From Lama glama (taxonomy: Eukaryota), in contig CM052816.1 in the NCBI GenBank assembly GCA_028534125.1, positions 32,986,001-33,050,000 of the forward strand: DNA of 64,000 nucleotides, in the 5' to 3' direction. The translations under genes were made by a program, and so were the position numbers. The number at the start of each line of letters is the position of its first letter. Position 1 is the stretch's first letter. Under the pieces are notes generated by a model, which worked only from the letters and a program-made list of their open reading frames with translations, was not told where the DNA came from and searched no databases. Shown in pieces: positions 39,588 to 53,760 of this stretch.

Positions 39588-41399
39588 GAAGTAATTTGCC
39601 TTCCCTATCATATTGGTAGTGGGCTCCTTTGCTCAGCTCTTCCCTTCCCATCAGTATTGTTAAACTTCCACTTCCGACCATGTATAATGAGACTTCTTTT
39701 ACTCAAGTAGTACCAGTATCGCCATAAATAATAACTCAACAGATGTTGAGCTCTCTTCCTTTCTAATGAACACAACAACCATTTATATTTTACATTTTAA
39801 TCATAGCTCTGTAATATTTAGAGAGCTGGTAAAACTTAGCAAATCCATGGAGTACACATACCCAAACTTGCTCTTCCATGATCTGGTAAAGCCTCAAACA
39901 CAAATCACTTACCAAGGCACATAACATGGAGAGCATGGCTCAGACATTTCCCTGTTCTTAACTTTTCTCATCTTTATAATAGGTATGAGCCTGGCGGCAA
40001 GCCTGACCTTTTTTTTCTTTTTTTCATGTTCTTTCCCGGGTCCCAGTGTCTGAACTGGGAAGACATTTCCAGTGAAAGGAACAGAGAGTAATTTTAAAGT
40101 ATATTTAATGTAAAGAATGCAAACAGGAGAGCCAACTAATGGTGCTCTGATGTAACCATTGGGGTAATACCAGCCATCAAAACTATTACATGAGAATGCC
40201 TTTACCATGAGTAAGTCAACAGGGAGCCGAATCAATCCTTGACACAGCAGACAGAAAGTTTCCCATTCACCTTTTATCATCCTCTGCCCAATCTGCTCTG
40301 TCTTTGTAGGCCTACATTTTAATAAATACCTTCTTGGTCATCTTTTAAAACTAAGACTTGGGTCCCTGCCAGCTTCTAGTTAAAAGCATTCACAATTACT
40401 TCTTTCTTAAAAAAAAAAAAAACTCTCCAATAAGGACTGTTAACAACATTTAGCTTTGTATCAACTTAACGCCATTCTATTATTTTCTTTAATATAAAGA
40501 CAATCATTTTCTTAAAGAACAAACCAAAGAAACAACAAAAAAGCATTTTAAGTTTTAATTCACTAGAGTCCACTTCTGAAACATTATAATGCTCTCTTTC
40601 CAGTTTTTTCTATCACATTTTCATTACTTTTATAATCAGAAGGAAAACATTTCAAGTAAAGTTTTCATCTAAGTAAAAAATGAAAAATTTTGTCTCTATA
40701 ACATCCTATACAAGAAAAGAACATTGGTGTCCTCGTCTTGGCTCTGGTGTTAAGCTGTTCATTTGACCTTGAGTAAGCAAGTTAACCTCTCTAGGTTGCC
40801 TGTCAAATGTGGAAGCGGATGATCTCAAGTACAAAGGGTCTTTCCTCCCTACTCAAACAGTCTACAATGATGGGACATGAATTTTCAGAACTTTCCAAAG
40901 GTCATTCTAGACCGATAACTGTGGTAGCCTGGATCTGAATCTCTGAATACCCACACAAAAATAGACAGAGAATCTACATAGCAAAACCCAATGCTTGGAG
41001 ACAAGGCAGCCTCTTGAACCACAAAGTACAAGCAAGTAGGGGCAAACCAACAGCATCCACAAGTCCTGAATGGTTTCTGTGTGGGCGGAAGCACAGGGAA
41101 GCAACAAGGGTGATGGGCCTGAGAACTGGAAAACCCCAAAATAACCAGTAAATCTTCACAGGAAAGTAGGGAGGGCCAATTGGAGAACAGTGGCTAAAAC
41201 TGGAGGGGTTTTTCCTGAGCCAAGAGTGAGTGAGCAAGGGGCCCACAGTAAGATCTGAAGGGGCTAAAAGCAGCTAGTCCCTATGAAACTTCCAAGATGG
41301 TCCCAGGACTCCTTGCCAAGAGGAGAAGCTGCTGGTAGTAGGATCAAAATTGAACAGGATGGGGGTCATAGAGACAAAGGCAAAGAACAGATCCAGGGA

Positions 41400-44235
41400 G
41401 AGGCAGATGGGGGGAACAGAGCCAGGAAGCGTCAGAAAGTAGGCTCCCATATTTGTGAAAACATGAAAACAACACAAGACTAATAAGCTCTATGAACTTA
41501 AAAAAGCCACCTTCAACTCTGTCTCCTAAAAGTTCAAAGAAATTATTTTTCACATAAAAATGAAAAACAGAAAAGTATTGAGGTCAAATTCCACATAAAG
41601 TTATAAGAAAGAAGAAAAGAGCAGAATAACATCCCCATAAATCATGAAAGCATACCACAAAATAGAACCTTCCCCACCCCACCCTCCAAAAAAGCACAAA
41701 ACAATAGACTACTATTTCAAAATAAGCTAAAAGACTTCAAGGAGATGAAATGACATAAAGCATGAAAGACCATAATTCAGAACATATAAAACTCAGAAAG
41801 AAGGTAATAGAACACACACACAAAAGAAATAAAATTTTAAAAATGCATTTCAGAAATAAAGACTAAACCAGAAGGTACACAAGAGGGAATAAATATGACA
41901 CACAAGCTCCAAGAAAAACAGAAGATGGAAAATAAGAAAAACAAAGGGAAAGGGAGAGATTTGAGACAGTGACAGATACTGAAGACAGGCAAAGAAGGTC
42001 TAAGATACAAATAATAAGCATTCTTGAAGAAAACAAAAGCAAGGAAAAAACAATATTAAATACTATAATTAAAAACAAACTTCTCTGAAAAAAAAAAGAT
42101 TATAAAATATAATCTAAAGAAAACACAGCAAACATGAGAATACCAAACCAGAATGACCAAGAATAAGAGTTACTCTAGTAAAATTACTGGAAGAAATAAA
42201 AAAAAGGAAGGAAGGGAGGAAGAAGGGGAGGAAGGGAAGGGAGGGAAGGAAGGAAGGGAGAAAGAGAGAAAGAAAGAGCAAGCAAGAAAAAAAATGCTAT
42301 GAATGTCTAAAGTACAAGTCTTGTGAGGGAAAGAATGGTGTATTACCAACAGACTTTGAGAGCAACACTCTATGCCAAAAGAGAATAAAGAAACATATTC
42401 AAGCAAAGAAAAGCTGAGTCAAAGGTTTTATATCCAGCAAAAATGTTTTTCAAGTACGAAGGGCAGAGACGTACTGCTATTAACAAGTAAGAACTTAGTG
42501 AAGATTATTCCCTTGAGTCCTCCTCGAGGAAATCTACCAGAGAATGAGCTGCAGGCAATAAACAAACAAATAAACAGAGGGACACTGACATAAAGACCAT
42601 AGTAAACATCAAGTATATAGTTTACTTGTAGAAGACTAAATGAGGACTGAAGAGGGGAGAGTGTGAGATGTGCTGGCCATATGGTGAGGCAGTGTGGACA
42701 CAGTATAACTACAAAAAAGTGGGGGAATGAGGAAAGCGTAATGCAAAACCACCTTACAAATTCTTCTCAGTAACTCTTATGGCAGTATTAACATTATTAT
42801 TTTGGGACTATTTGCATATAATATGGGATGAAGCAAATAAGTAATTATGGACTATTCTAATTCAACCATCCTCTGTTAACTTAAGAATCAAGATTTTTAG
42901 TGTGAAAGAAAAGTGATACAAATAAAAAACAGAAGCTAAGTAAAAAATACCCAGTAGTCTGAATTTAAATTAGAGAAACCAGTATGAGCTCCTGTGGTAT
43001 TTTATCTTAAAATTTACACATACATACATAATGTAGATAAATAAAAAAGTAAATGAAGAATTTCCTGGCTATGTCTACGAAAGAGGCCTAAAAACAATGA
43101 CCAACAAGAAGCAATAAGCACCTTGGCACCCAGATTGTGATCCTGAAATACCATTTTCTGTTGAGAGAAACGAGGACTACTTGGAGAGTGTTTAATTGTA
43201 GATTTGGGGCAAGAAATGTACCAGATGAGCCTAGAATAACTACTAGGCTCATGTCAAAAGTATCAGGAGCCAACATGAAGAGGTTCTTAACCAGACAAAG
43301 ATAGTATACCTTGAGTTCCCACAAGGAAAATAATTACAAGGGACTGAAACCCAAATACGTTTAAATCCATAAGTTCATAATATTTAACAAAATAATTGAA
43401 CAGTTTCAGAGGATCACAGGAAATCAATTCATTATCTTGAAAAACGTTAAATGGAAAGAATGAAGCACTAATTCTGCTTTTCCTCTGTGAACTATGCCAT
43501 TGTTTTAACAAATCATAAATGATGGGAAATGTCTCCATAAAAATACTCCAATTAATAACTGAGAACTGGTAGAAATGGTAGAACTAAAATATCATAGTTC
43601 TGTAAGTCTTGATGAATCAGTGAACTTAAGCAGGGAGTAACAAGATAGCTGGTAACATCTCAGAATGCAAGCCCACCAGATACTATGTGCTTCCCAGTGA
43701 AAAAAATAAACGCCCTCTACAGTCTTGCCAAAGGGACTGGCTATGACTCTGACTGAGCCTCTGGATCCAGGGCCATTCTGCAGGAAATACAGGGCACAGA
43801 GGAACACGCTGAACTGCACCCCGGGTGAGCAACCAGCAACATCCGGACTGTGGGAAACTCTACAGGTCAAATGGCCAGGTTTAAAAGAATAAGTATGAAG
43901 CCAACAAACAACAGAGGAAAATCCTGTGGATGAAGAGATTCCAAGGAAATGCACGGCTCTTAAACGGGCAAGATTAAACTCTACTGTCTAGGGACATACA
44001 AACTCCAGTAATAAACTGTAAAGAAACAGGAAATGTGACGATAAAAGTCATGGTAGCAGTCGCCTTGGTGGGCGGGAAAGTGGGATTGAGACGGGACGTA
44101 AGGAAGGACTTCTGGGGTGACTGGCAAGTTCTAATTCTTGACCTGGACAGTGGTTATGAGAATGTTTGCTCATTAAGCTGTAATTTGTTTTGTGGGGATT
44201 TCCATAGTTACGTTTCACCTTAAGAAACTTTTTTT
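41400..44235 (+). mobile_element. Patchwork of old L1/HAL1-like relics (ORF1-like and L1MC/ME-like 3' segments)
   Basis: Strongly A-rich plus strand; ORF1-like 'ttttatatccagcaaaa'; 3' text 'caggaaatacagggcacagagg' and 'ttcttgacctggacagtggtta'. Subfamilies and boundaries uncertain. Confidence 0.6.
42196..42295. repeat. Polypurine (GGAA/GA-rich) low-complexity tract
   Basis: Seen directly. Confidence 0.85.
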
Positions 44236-44272
44236 AAGTTAAAAAAAAAATAACCCTTTCCAGACCCCTCAC

Positions 44273-44386
44273 CTGTGCCTTGGCCAGTTTCTTTTCCAGG
44301 AGGTCCCGTTCCCGCTCCGTTTGCTGCAGACGTTGATTAAGCTCTACTATGTCTCCTCTGAGCGATGCCAGGGCTGCCAAGTGGAG
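44273..44386 (-). CDS. MCC: MCC internal coding exon (114 nt, phase 0/0): LHLAALASLRGDIVELNQRLQQTERERDLLEKKLAKAQ
   Basis: Translated by hand; not in the ORF track. Acceptor TTCTGTCACTGCAG, donor CAG|GTGAG. The peptide matches the N-terminal coiled coil of mammalian MCC as I recall it. Confidence 0.96.
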
Positions 44387-47300
44387 CTGCAGTGACAGAA
44401 AGAAGGAGCACAAGGTTAGACCCCTCAGCAGAAACTCATTTCCGCCCCTTCATTCCCTGTAATTAGTGTGATCACATAAAAAAGGCATCATCTAAAATGG
44501 GGCACCTTGGGTGACATTAATCTCAGGAGACAATGGACATAAATCAGGTGTCTTACAGGTGAGCTGGGTACCATGGTCACCCTAAATATGTATCAGGGAG
44601 AAAACTGTTATGTGTGGGCAGTAGGACCGAATTTTGCATCATCGTCAGATTAAAACAGAGAGCAAAGCTCATTCTAAGGACTTTCCCCAAGTTACCTCAG
44701 CAAGGATGGGATTAAGAGCTGGTGTGAACTGCCTGATTCTCAAGAAGCAAGGAAAAGGCAGGACCAAATTAGCTTTCACCTTTGGGAAAACATGCAAGTT
44801 GAATGGGGCAATTCAAATTTTTTTTCCCCCAGTTCAAACACCCATATTGCTTCATGTTCAGACAAACCAAGGGGCTGAATATTAAGAAAAAAGTGGGAGG
44901 GCTCATTGTTTCAGATGCTCTCCTCCTCAAGTTGACCCATTCATTTTCTTGCCAGCTCCTCCTTCTTCATTGTCCCCTAGACTAGACTGACCAGACACTG
45001 CTTCTGTGCTAGCGTGCCTCTCAGAAGCAGAGCCAGAACTCTGTAAAATGCTGTGAAAAGATAAACCAAGAATCCATTGCTATATCCTTCCTTAGTCAGC
45101 TCTCCCAGCTTAACTGGAGCTAGAGAGAACATTCGTCAGTGGATCAACAAAATGGACCACACACTTCTAGGATCTCAACCTGCTCAACCTTCATGTTCTG
45201 TGCACTGAGCTTCAGCTGCACACACACCTACTACACACGTGCCCGCTGTGGATTTGCAGGCTGATAGCTGGGACCATCTTTAAGATCTGTTCAACCATGG
45301 CTCCCGCAGCAGCACCTTCCAACCTTCTCTGCCCTGACTCACTACTTCTCACCCGTCTTCACTGTCAGTCCCAGGGGGAGCTCAGACCATCCCCTAGCTC
45401 AATTTCACACTGCACTTGAGTGAGTGACTGGAATCCAAGCAAACCCTTCCTCTGTAGGGTTTTTTGTAGCTTCTGCCAAGAGGGACTTAAAGTAAGGGGT
45501 GAACAAATAAAAGTGATCTTTGAAGATGGACACAGTAAAATGGCACACAATTCCTCTTTGAGGATTTTAACTTCAGGTTTTGAAAAATGTTCTTTTCTGC
45601 AACCTGCGCCTCCACACTGTACGGCTGCTGGGAGGCTGAGGGAGGGTGAGCAGGTGAGGAGGCACAGGGCAGGGGCCGGTGGTTCCCAGCAGTTGTTTGT
45701 TAGACTGTAACAGCAGTGAATGAGACTTCACTTACTGGCATTGGGACTGCAAACCAACAGATCAATAGCCGATCTGAAATCAGGAATGTTTGAAATTTAA
45801 AAAAGGAAATGTCAGGCAATCTGGTGGTATTTGCCTTCTCAGGTAGGGCTAGGGCTGCTCAGAAAAAGGTCACTTTGGGTTTCAGACACAGGGTTTGGGT
45901 GATGAACTCTCAGCACAAATACCACAGTGTTCCCACTGCATGCTCTTTGGAGGCAGCTTTGCTCCCAATGTGGGTAAGAGGAACACAGATTCACTCCCTG
46001 AGGCAGCTGAGTTGCCCTCACTGCCTCTCTACTGTCAATCTGAGGATTTTCCTTCAGCGTCAGACACTGTAGTCTGTTACGTTCAGACTTGGGAGAAAAG
46101 TCACCACCTACTGCTGGTGAGAAGGATAAAATACGTGGAGAGCTGGCATGTTCTTTAAGAAATAGAGGAGGGGAAACAAGGATCCCATCTGTGTGAGCCT
46201 AGATGCGCCTCCTCTCTCAGATATCGCCCCTCCTACTCCTGGGGGAAAGGCTGACAGAGGAGGCTGCACACTCCACACTGACTTGGTGAACCTGGCCAGT
46301 TGGGGAGACACACAGAGGTCATTGCCATCACAGTCCACGGCAGAGGAGGGTCAGGAAGGGTCACTGCTGTGGAGGAGAGCACCACTCTCTCCAGACTGTG
46401 GGAGGCTCCATCAATGTGCATGTGGGGCAGGTGCCTTCTTGTCCCCGGGGAAGATGCCTGCCCTGAAGGAATGGATCAGTTATCTTAACGTCAAGATTTC
46501 TTAAAAATCTCACGAATGTGATGGGCCCTTCTCCTAGAGAAGAGTATATATTTGGGGTTTATGCATGCGTTACATATAATCAAGTCGATGACACACTCTG
46601 GAATCTATCTGTGAACTCTGAATTATGAACTATCTGGACTAGACGCCAGCCTGGGGAATCCCACCTAAGTTCTGTAGACTGAGTCATGGGTCATAATCAC
46701 GGTGTCTGGGTGGAGACAAGGCCCTTGGTACATGACACTTCTCACTTCCACATGCGCAGGTCAGGATCGAAAACTCAGAGACTGACTTGCTTACTCCAGG
46801 TCCCACAGAGAGCTCAGCACCAGAACCAAGGCCACCGTTACCTTTCCTCACTATACAGTGTTGTATGTGACAGTAATTTTCAAGTTTTTTTTTTTTTAAC
46901 GTGAATGAAAACTTATTTCCCTCTGAACGTAAAAGTAATGAAAATGTAACACAAAAATTAACTGGAAAGACAGCATTCTAACATTTTGGTAGTGGCCTCT
47001 GGGTGGTTTCAAACATCTTTGGGATACTTTTTGTTTAATAAGGGTTTTTTTTGTTTTTTTTTTTTTAAAAAAAACAGGTTTTTGTGTTAAGGAACCAAGA
47101 GCTGTGACAGTGTTTTCTGCAGGTGAAGTCTGTAGCATAAAAGGGTTATTTTCCTTCCCTGCTGCATCTTCTTTCCATATCCACCAGCTCTCTTGATAGA
47201 AGGCAAACTCTTGGTTCCTGAACACAAAAGCCTTTTTTATCAGCACCACACTCTAACCAACTCAGCTAACCGGCCAGTTGGTACAAAAGCCTTTTTGATG

Positions 47301-49235
47301 GAGGTCATATCGATTTTCTCTTCCTCCAGTCTTGCTGCTGGGACAATGATGTGATGGATGGAGCTCCAGCAGCCATCTTGCTTCATAAAGTTGTGGTCCA
47401 CACTCTAGGAAGTGGAAGATGCCTGAACCCCTAATAACTTTGTTAAGCCACCCTATCAGTTTTGGACACCCTAACCCCAGACTTCCTTCTGTAACAGAAT
47501 AGCAAGAACAGACTTCTGTTGTATAGACCATTATTATGTTGAGATACTCTGGCAAATGAAATTGATCTAATCCTAATTCATAAAGAATCAGATAAACCTG
47601 GGTTCATATCTCATTTGTGCTGCTTGTTGGTGAATTGTCTTTGGACAGTTTATTTAATCAGTCTGTTACAGGGCTGTTGTAAAGGCAAAATGAGACGGCA
47701 TTAATAAAATGACCAGCACAGTGTCTGAAACCGAGTAATCACTAAACAAAGGTGCATTTCCTCTTTCCCAGGCAAGTTTTCAGTCAGCACCTTTCAAGTC
47801 AACAACCTTCTCAGGTGAAGCCTCATTAGAGGTAGTGAGAGACACTTTCAGATGAGTAAGTAACACAGTCCTGTCTTGGAGCAGCACATCTCCTGGTGGT
47901 TAACAGCACAGGAATGAGAGGCCAGAGCTGTCTTGCAGGATTCTGCTGAACTCCCAAGCCTTAAGGAGCTGACCGTCAAGGCTCTTAATTCTCTGCGAAA
48001 TTTTAACCTGAGGCCTCAGTGAGGCTGGGATGGGACCAGGACACTTCCTATACAATTTTAGGTCTAGCACGTGAAGGATATAAATCCACACATACCTCAT
48101 ATTCCTGGAGATAAAAGGTACTAATTCCCTAGGCTGTTTTGAGCCCGGCTTCACATTCATTTTACACTGTGCATCAAAACAAAAGTAAACCGCCTGGGAA
48201 TTTGGCTTCAAGACAACTGTCAAAATGGTTGTTATTTTTGGATGAAACATTACTTGACTAATATTTCACAGTTCAGCTGGCTGTAAGAACAAGCTCGCTT
48301 AGCCTCTGACAGATCAGGTGTCCAGTCTGAGTGAGGAGCGAGCAGGGCCTTTGTGACAGCCTTTCCTGCTGGTTCCCCCTGGGCTACATGGATAAATGGG
48401 CCTCCAGTTACCTATTAGCCAGGAGACAGAGGGCTTCGCACTAAGATGCCCTTTTAAGCCAGCAGCCCAGTGACTCTGAGGACCCTCCAGGAGCATCACT
48501 GTGTATTCCTGGTTATAAGGTGCTTCCTCATCTTGCTACTGCTGCAGTAAAAACAGCAAACACATGCCGGCCCTGTCCTGATCACCAGGCACCCTCCCAC
48601 GCATCATCTCACTGGTCTCCATCACGCCACAGCTCTGGGGCCTACAGCAACGTGACGAATCCCAGTTCGCCGAGGGACAGGTACTCTTTCCAAGGACCAC
48701 AGCTGGTGAGGGGGACCCAGGACCGGAATCCAGGCTGTCAAACTCTAGGTCCACCACTTTACTCATCTTTCTGAGACTTGGGTCTACTCTTTCACAACAG
48801 TGTCTTCAAAGGGACCAAAGGTTTCCACAGTTACACCTGAAATGGAGGAAAGAGTACATCCCCAGGCCTCTATCCAGAGACAGGGACCACGGAGCATTCA
48901 CGGTGTGATGGCTGAGTGGGCCCTCCCCGCTTTGTTGGCGGGTGAGCTCGCGCAGAGCAAACTGTGCTTGCTCTTTCTCCCTGCTTTCCTGGGTCTGAAC
49001 ACCTGAGGCGCTCCAGTATGCCATTCTCTGCCAGGGTACCTTTATTTCCTTCCCATCAGTGATGATGGGAAGGTCCATCTCGTCCTTCTAACTGGGCCAC
49101 TTGCCTCCAGCGACAGGGTACATGCAGTTTTTGCTTATGGTTGAGTGATGACAGTGGGTATTGCCAACTTCTCTCACCTGATGAACTGTTCTCTTCATTA
49201 AAGGGGAAGAAGTGAGTGCAGCTGAACACATTCCT

Positions 49236-49482
49236 TTTTTTCCTCTTTTTTTTTGAAGTATAGTCAATTTACAATGTTATGTTAATTTCTGATGTACAGC
49301 ATAGCAATTCATTTATATATATATACATATTCCTTTTCATATTCTTTTTCAGCACAGGCTATTACAAGATATTGAATATAGTTCCCTGTGCTGTACAGTA
49401 GGTCCTTGTTTTTTTATTTATCTTATATATAGTAATTAGTATCTGCAAATCCCAAACTCCCAATTTATCCCCCCCCACCCCA
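49236..49482 (-). mobile_element. Short L1 3'-end stub (same family as 5039)
   Basis: Poly-T followed by 'gaagtatagtcaatttacaatgtt...tatctgcaaatcccaaactcccaatttatcc'. Confidence 0.82.
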
Positions 49483-51154
49483 CAAACATTCTTGACAGGT
49501 TCTGCACTAAGTGTTTCTACACTTTACCTAATTCCTTCAGCAGCAGAGTCCTTCAGAGGAAAGGCAGTATCACAACCCCAATGCCAGGCTCTGGGAATAT
49601 TTTAAGAATTCTAGGCAACTCAAGAGTAACATAAGTCCTAACATGAATAGCTACCGTTTGCTGAATGTTTGATGGGTCCCAGACACCTGGACTAAGCACA
49701 CTGCGTGCAGTATCTCACTGAACTGTCACTGCGATGCTAGGAGACAGGTATTACTGCCTCCTGACAAATGAGGAACCAACACATAGAGGAGGGGTAGGAA
49801 ATCAGTCCAAGGGCAGGAAACTGATAAACAGTTGAAGAAATATTGACATACAGACACTCCATGGAGGATGTGTGGAGGTCAGATGTTCGCCCTGGCAGGG
49901 GCGGGGACATGGGAAAAGCGGGGAGCAGGAGAGGTGGCAGGGCAAGACCTCAGGCAGCAGTGATGAAGCTTGGGGCTGGTGGTCAGCTCAGCTTGGTGTG
50001 AATTTGGGGGACACTGTAACTTCCTGCACTTTTTCATCCTTTTGAGCAGGGTTTGTACCAGAGGGCCCCCCCTGAGTTCTGTACTTGCAGCTTCACATAC
50101 TTTATTTGCCCACTGGTCCCAGAATGGATTTGCTGAAGCTCACTATCTGAGGAAGCTTCAGGATACACAGAACTGATCAGCAACAATCTTTGCCCTGGAA
50201 ATTGAAAGAACGTTCAGGATCATACATAACCTTTCTGCAGGCGAGGGAATTCAAGAATGTCTAGTTTCACTCCCTAGTTGTAAACAGACTTGGAGAAACA
50301 AGGCTCATCAAATTTAGATTTCCTCATTCCCTGTCCAGAGGCTTCCTGCTCTCCCATATGGCAATCCAGGAGCTCCTGGGTAGTGAATAAATGTCTATAT
50401 CCCAGCCCTGTCCTTGGAAATAGCAGGAGACATCTGTATACAAGAAAGCAGGCTCATTCAGCTCCCTCTGCAAGACTCCCTGCACCGTGGGTGCTCCAAT
50501 TCAAATACATAAAGAACAAAATCCTGGCAAAAGGGTAGTATTCCCTGCCAGATGGACACAATCAAGCATGTTCAGTGGCTTCCAGGACTGGAACGTTCCC
50601 ATTTACTGCTAGAATTCCAGCTAGGCGCACCTGCTGTGTAATATTTCAAGAAAGGATGCTCATCGCCTTGAAACTTAAAACTCATTAAACACATCTACAA
50701 GATTGCCCCCCTGCATGCTAACCACTTTCTGCTGCCCTAGACCACCTCAGAAATCAGCAGCTTTTTGTCTTGCATTTTACCTTATGATTTCATTGCTTAC
50801 TGGTCCCCAAGTTACTTTCTAGACCTCTGCTGAAATTCAGTTGTTGAAAACAGCAACCTAAGGCCCCTTCAACATGGAAGCACTAAAGTTCCCTCCAATA
50901 AAAAAGCTAACTCCATCCAAGAGTGCCTGGTGTAGGTGATGGTGCCAAATCACAAAGCAGAACCCAGGTACAAACAGGGAAGCAGCCACACCATCATCCC
51001 TAGGACCCACTTGAGGCAATTCTTCCCCTGCCTCAGATAAATGGTCGGGGTGCTCACGGAAGGGAGGTATCCAAGACTGACCATCCCAACTTTGAAGATA
51101 ACCCTCAATCCCACCCTGTCTTCAAAATTATGCTCCTCTAAAAATAAGTCACAT

Positions 51155-53494
51155 TGAATCTGTAGATTGCCTTCAGCAGTATGGTCATTTTAACAATATT
51201 AATTCTTTCAATCCAAAAACATGGTATATCTTTCCATCTGTTGATGTCGTCTTCAATTTCTTTCATCAGTGTCTTATAGTTTTCGGAGTATAGGTCCTTT
51301 GCCTCCTTAGGCAGGTTTATTCCTAGGTATTTTATTCCTTTTGATGTGATGGTAAATGAGATTGTTTCCTTAATTTCTTTTCCTAATAGTTCACTGCTAG
51401 CACATAGAAATGCAACAGATTTCTGTATATTACTTTTCTATCCTGCAACTTAACTGATTTCACTGATGAATTCTAGTAGTTTTCTGGTGGCATCCTTAGG
51501 ATTTTCTATGTACAGTAGTGTGTCATCTATCAACAGTGACAGTGTTACTTCTTCCTTTCTAATTTGTATTCTTTTCATTTCTTTTTCTTGCCTAACTGCT
51601 GTGGCTAGAACTCCTAAAACTATGCTGAATAAGTGTTGAGAGCAGGCATCCTTGTCTTGTTCCTGATATTAAAAAAAAAAAAAAGCTTTCAGCTCTTCAC
51701 AGTTAAGAATGATGTTAGCTGTGGGTTTGTCATATATGGCCTTTATTATATTGAAGCATGTTCCCTCTAAGTCTACTTTCTGGAGGGTTTTTATCATAAA
51801 TGGATGTTGGTTTATGTCAAAACTTTTTCTGCATCTATTAAGATGATCATATGAGTTTTATTCTTCAACTTGTTAATATGGTGTATCTCACAACGACTGA
51901 TTTGCAGATAGTGAAAACTCCTCACATCCCAACTAGAATAATTTTAAAATTTGTATGGAAACACAAAAGATCCTGAAGAGCTAAAACAATCTTGAGAAAT
52001 AAGAATGGAGCTGGAGGAATCATGCTGCCTCGCTTCAGACTATACTACAAAGCTACAATCATCAAAACAGTATGGTATTGGCACAAAGACACACAGATCA
52101 ATGGAACAGAATAAAGATCCCAGCAATAAACCCATGCACTTATGGTCAATTAATCTACCACAAAGGAGGCAAGAATATACAATGGTGAAAAGACAGTCTG
52201 TTCAATAAGTGGTACTAGGGAAAATTCTCTAATATCGTGCACAAAAATAAACTCTAAGTGACTCAAAGACCTAAATGTAAGACCAGATACATAAAATTCC
52301 TAGAGGAAAACATGAACACTCTTTGACATACATCATAGCAATATTTTTTTGGATCCATCTCCTAAAACAAAGAATATAAAAGCAAAAATAAACAAATTGG
52401 ACCTAATTAAACTTAAAAACTTTTGCACATCAAAAGAAACCATCGACAAAATGAAAAGACAACCTACTGAAGGGGGGAAAATATTTGCAAATGATACGAC
52501 CAATAAGGGGTTAATATCCAATACATAAAAATAGCCCATACAACTCAACATCAAAAAAAAAAAAACTCAATTAAAAAATGAGCAGAAGAACTGAACAGAC
52601 ATTTTTCCAAAGAGGGAATGCAGATGACCAACAGGCACATGAAAAGATGCTCAACCCTGCTAATTATCAGGAAAATGCAGATCAAAACAACTATGAGGTA
52701 TCACCTCACACAGGTCAAAATGATTAGCATCAAAAAGAACACAAATATCAAATGTTGGCAAGGATGTGGAGAAAAGGGAACCCTGTACACTGTTGGTAGG
52801 AATGTAAATTGGTGCAGCCACTGTGGAAAACAGTAAGGAGGGTTCTCAAAAAATTAAAAATAGAACTACCATATGACCTAGCAATTCCACTCCTGGCTAT
52901 ATATCCAAAAGAAACAAAAACACTAATTCAAAAAGATATATGCACCTCTATGTTCACAGCAGCATTGTTTACAACTGCCAAGATATGGAAGCAACCTAAG
53001 TGTCCATAGACAGATAAACAGATAAAAAAGATGTGAAATATATATACACACACACACACATACACACAATGGACTACCACTCAGCCATAAAAAAAGAGCA
53101 AAAATTTTCCATTTGCAGCAACATGGAAGGACTTGGAGGGCATTATGCTAAGTTAAGTCAGAGAAAGACAAATACTATATGATATTCTTATGTACAGAAT
53201 ATAAAAAATCCAACTAACTAATGAATAAAACAAGAAGCAGAATCACAGCTAAGGAGAACAGACTAGTTGTTACCTGTAGGGAGAGGTAAGTGGGGAGGGG
53301 CAATATAGGGGATTAAGAGGTACAAACTTTTAGGTATAAAATTAGCAACAAGGATATATTATACAATATAGGGAATATAGCCAATATTTTCTAACAACTA
53401 TAAATAGAGTATAACCATAACAAATTGTGAATTGCTATATTGCACATTTGTAACATATATTATCATATATCGATTAAAAAATGTTTTAAATTAA
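51155..53494 (+). mobile_element. L1 with 5' inversion: inverted ORF2 segment about 51155-51930, then sense ORF2 end, 3' UTR and A tail about 51931-53494
   Basis: ORF fragments 52005, 52618 and 52809 (+) are L1 ORF2 C-terminal peptides ([36 protein letters not shown]). TSD AAAAATAA(G/A)TCACAT at 51140-51154 and 53495-53509. Confidence 0.92.
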
Positions 53495-53529
53495 AAAAAT
53501 AAATCACATAATTTTTACTGGACATAATA

Positions 53530-53760
53530 TTCGCAAATATGTGGATGTGCACTATATGCTACTGCTCTAAGCACTCAACACGCACTTTCTCAGTTATTTT
53601 CCACACAGCCTTGTGGAATCGGTAGTGGTGTTAACCCCAATTTAAAGAGGTAGAAATTACACCTTACAAGTTCAGGAACTTGTCAAACTAGTAAGTGGCA
53701 GAGCCAGAATGAAAACCCAGGACTGTCTAACCCCACAGCCCAGTTCACAACCACCACGCC
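53530..53760. mobile_element. MIR SINE relic
   Basis: 'ctagtaagtggcagagccagaatgaaaacccaggactgtctaacccca'. Confidence 0.7.

Noticed and set aside
52005..53009. Reverse-transcriptase-associated ORFs as an active or domesticated gene
   Set aside because: Fragmented L1 ORF2 with stops and frameshifts in a truncated, inverted copy.
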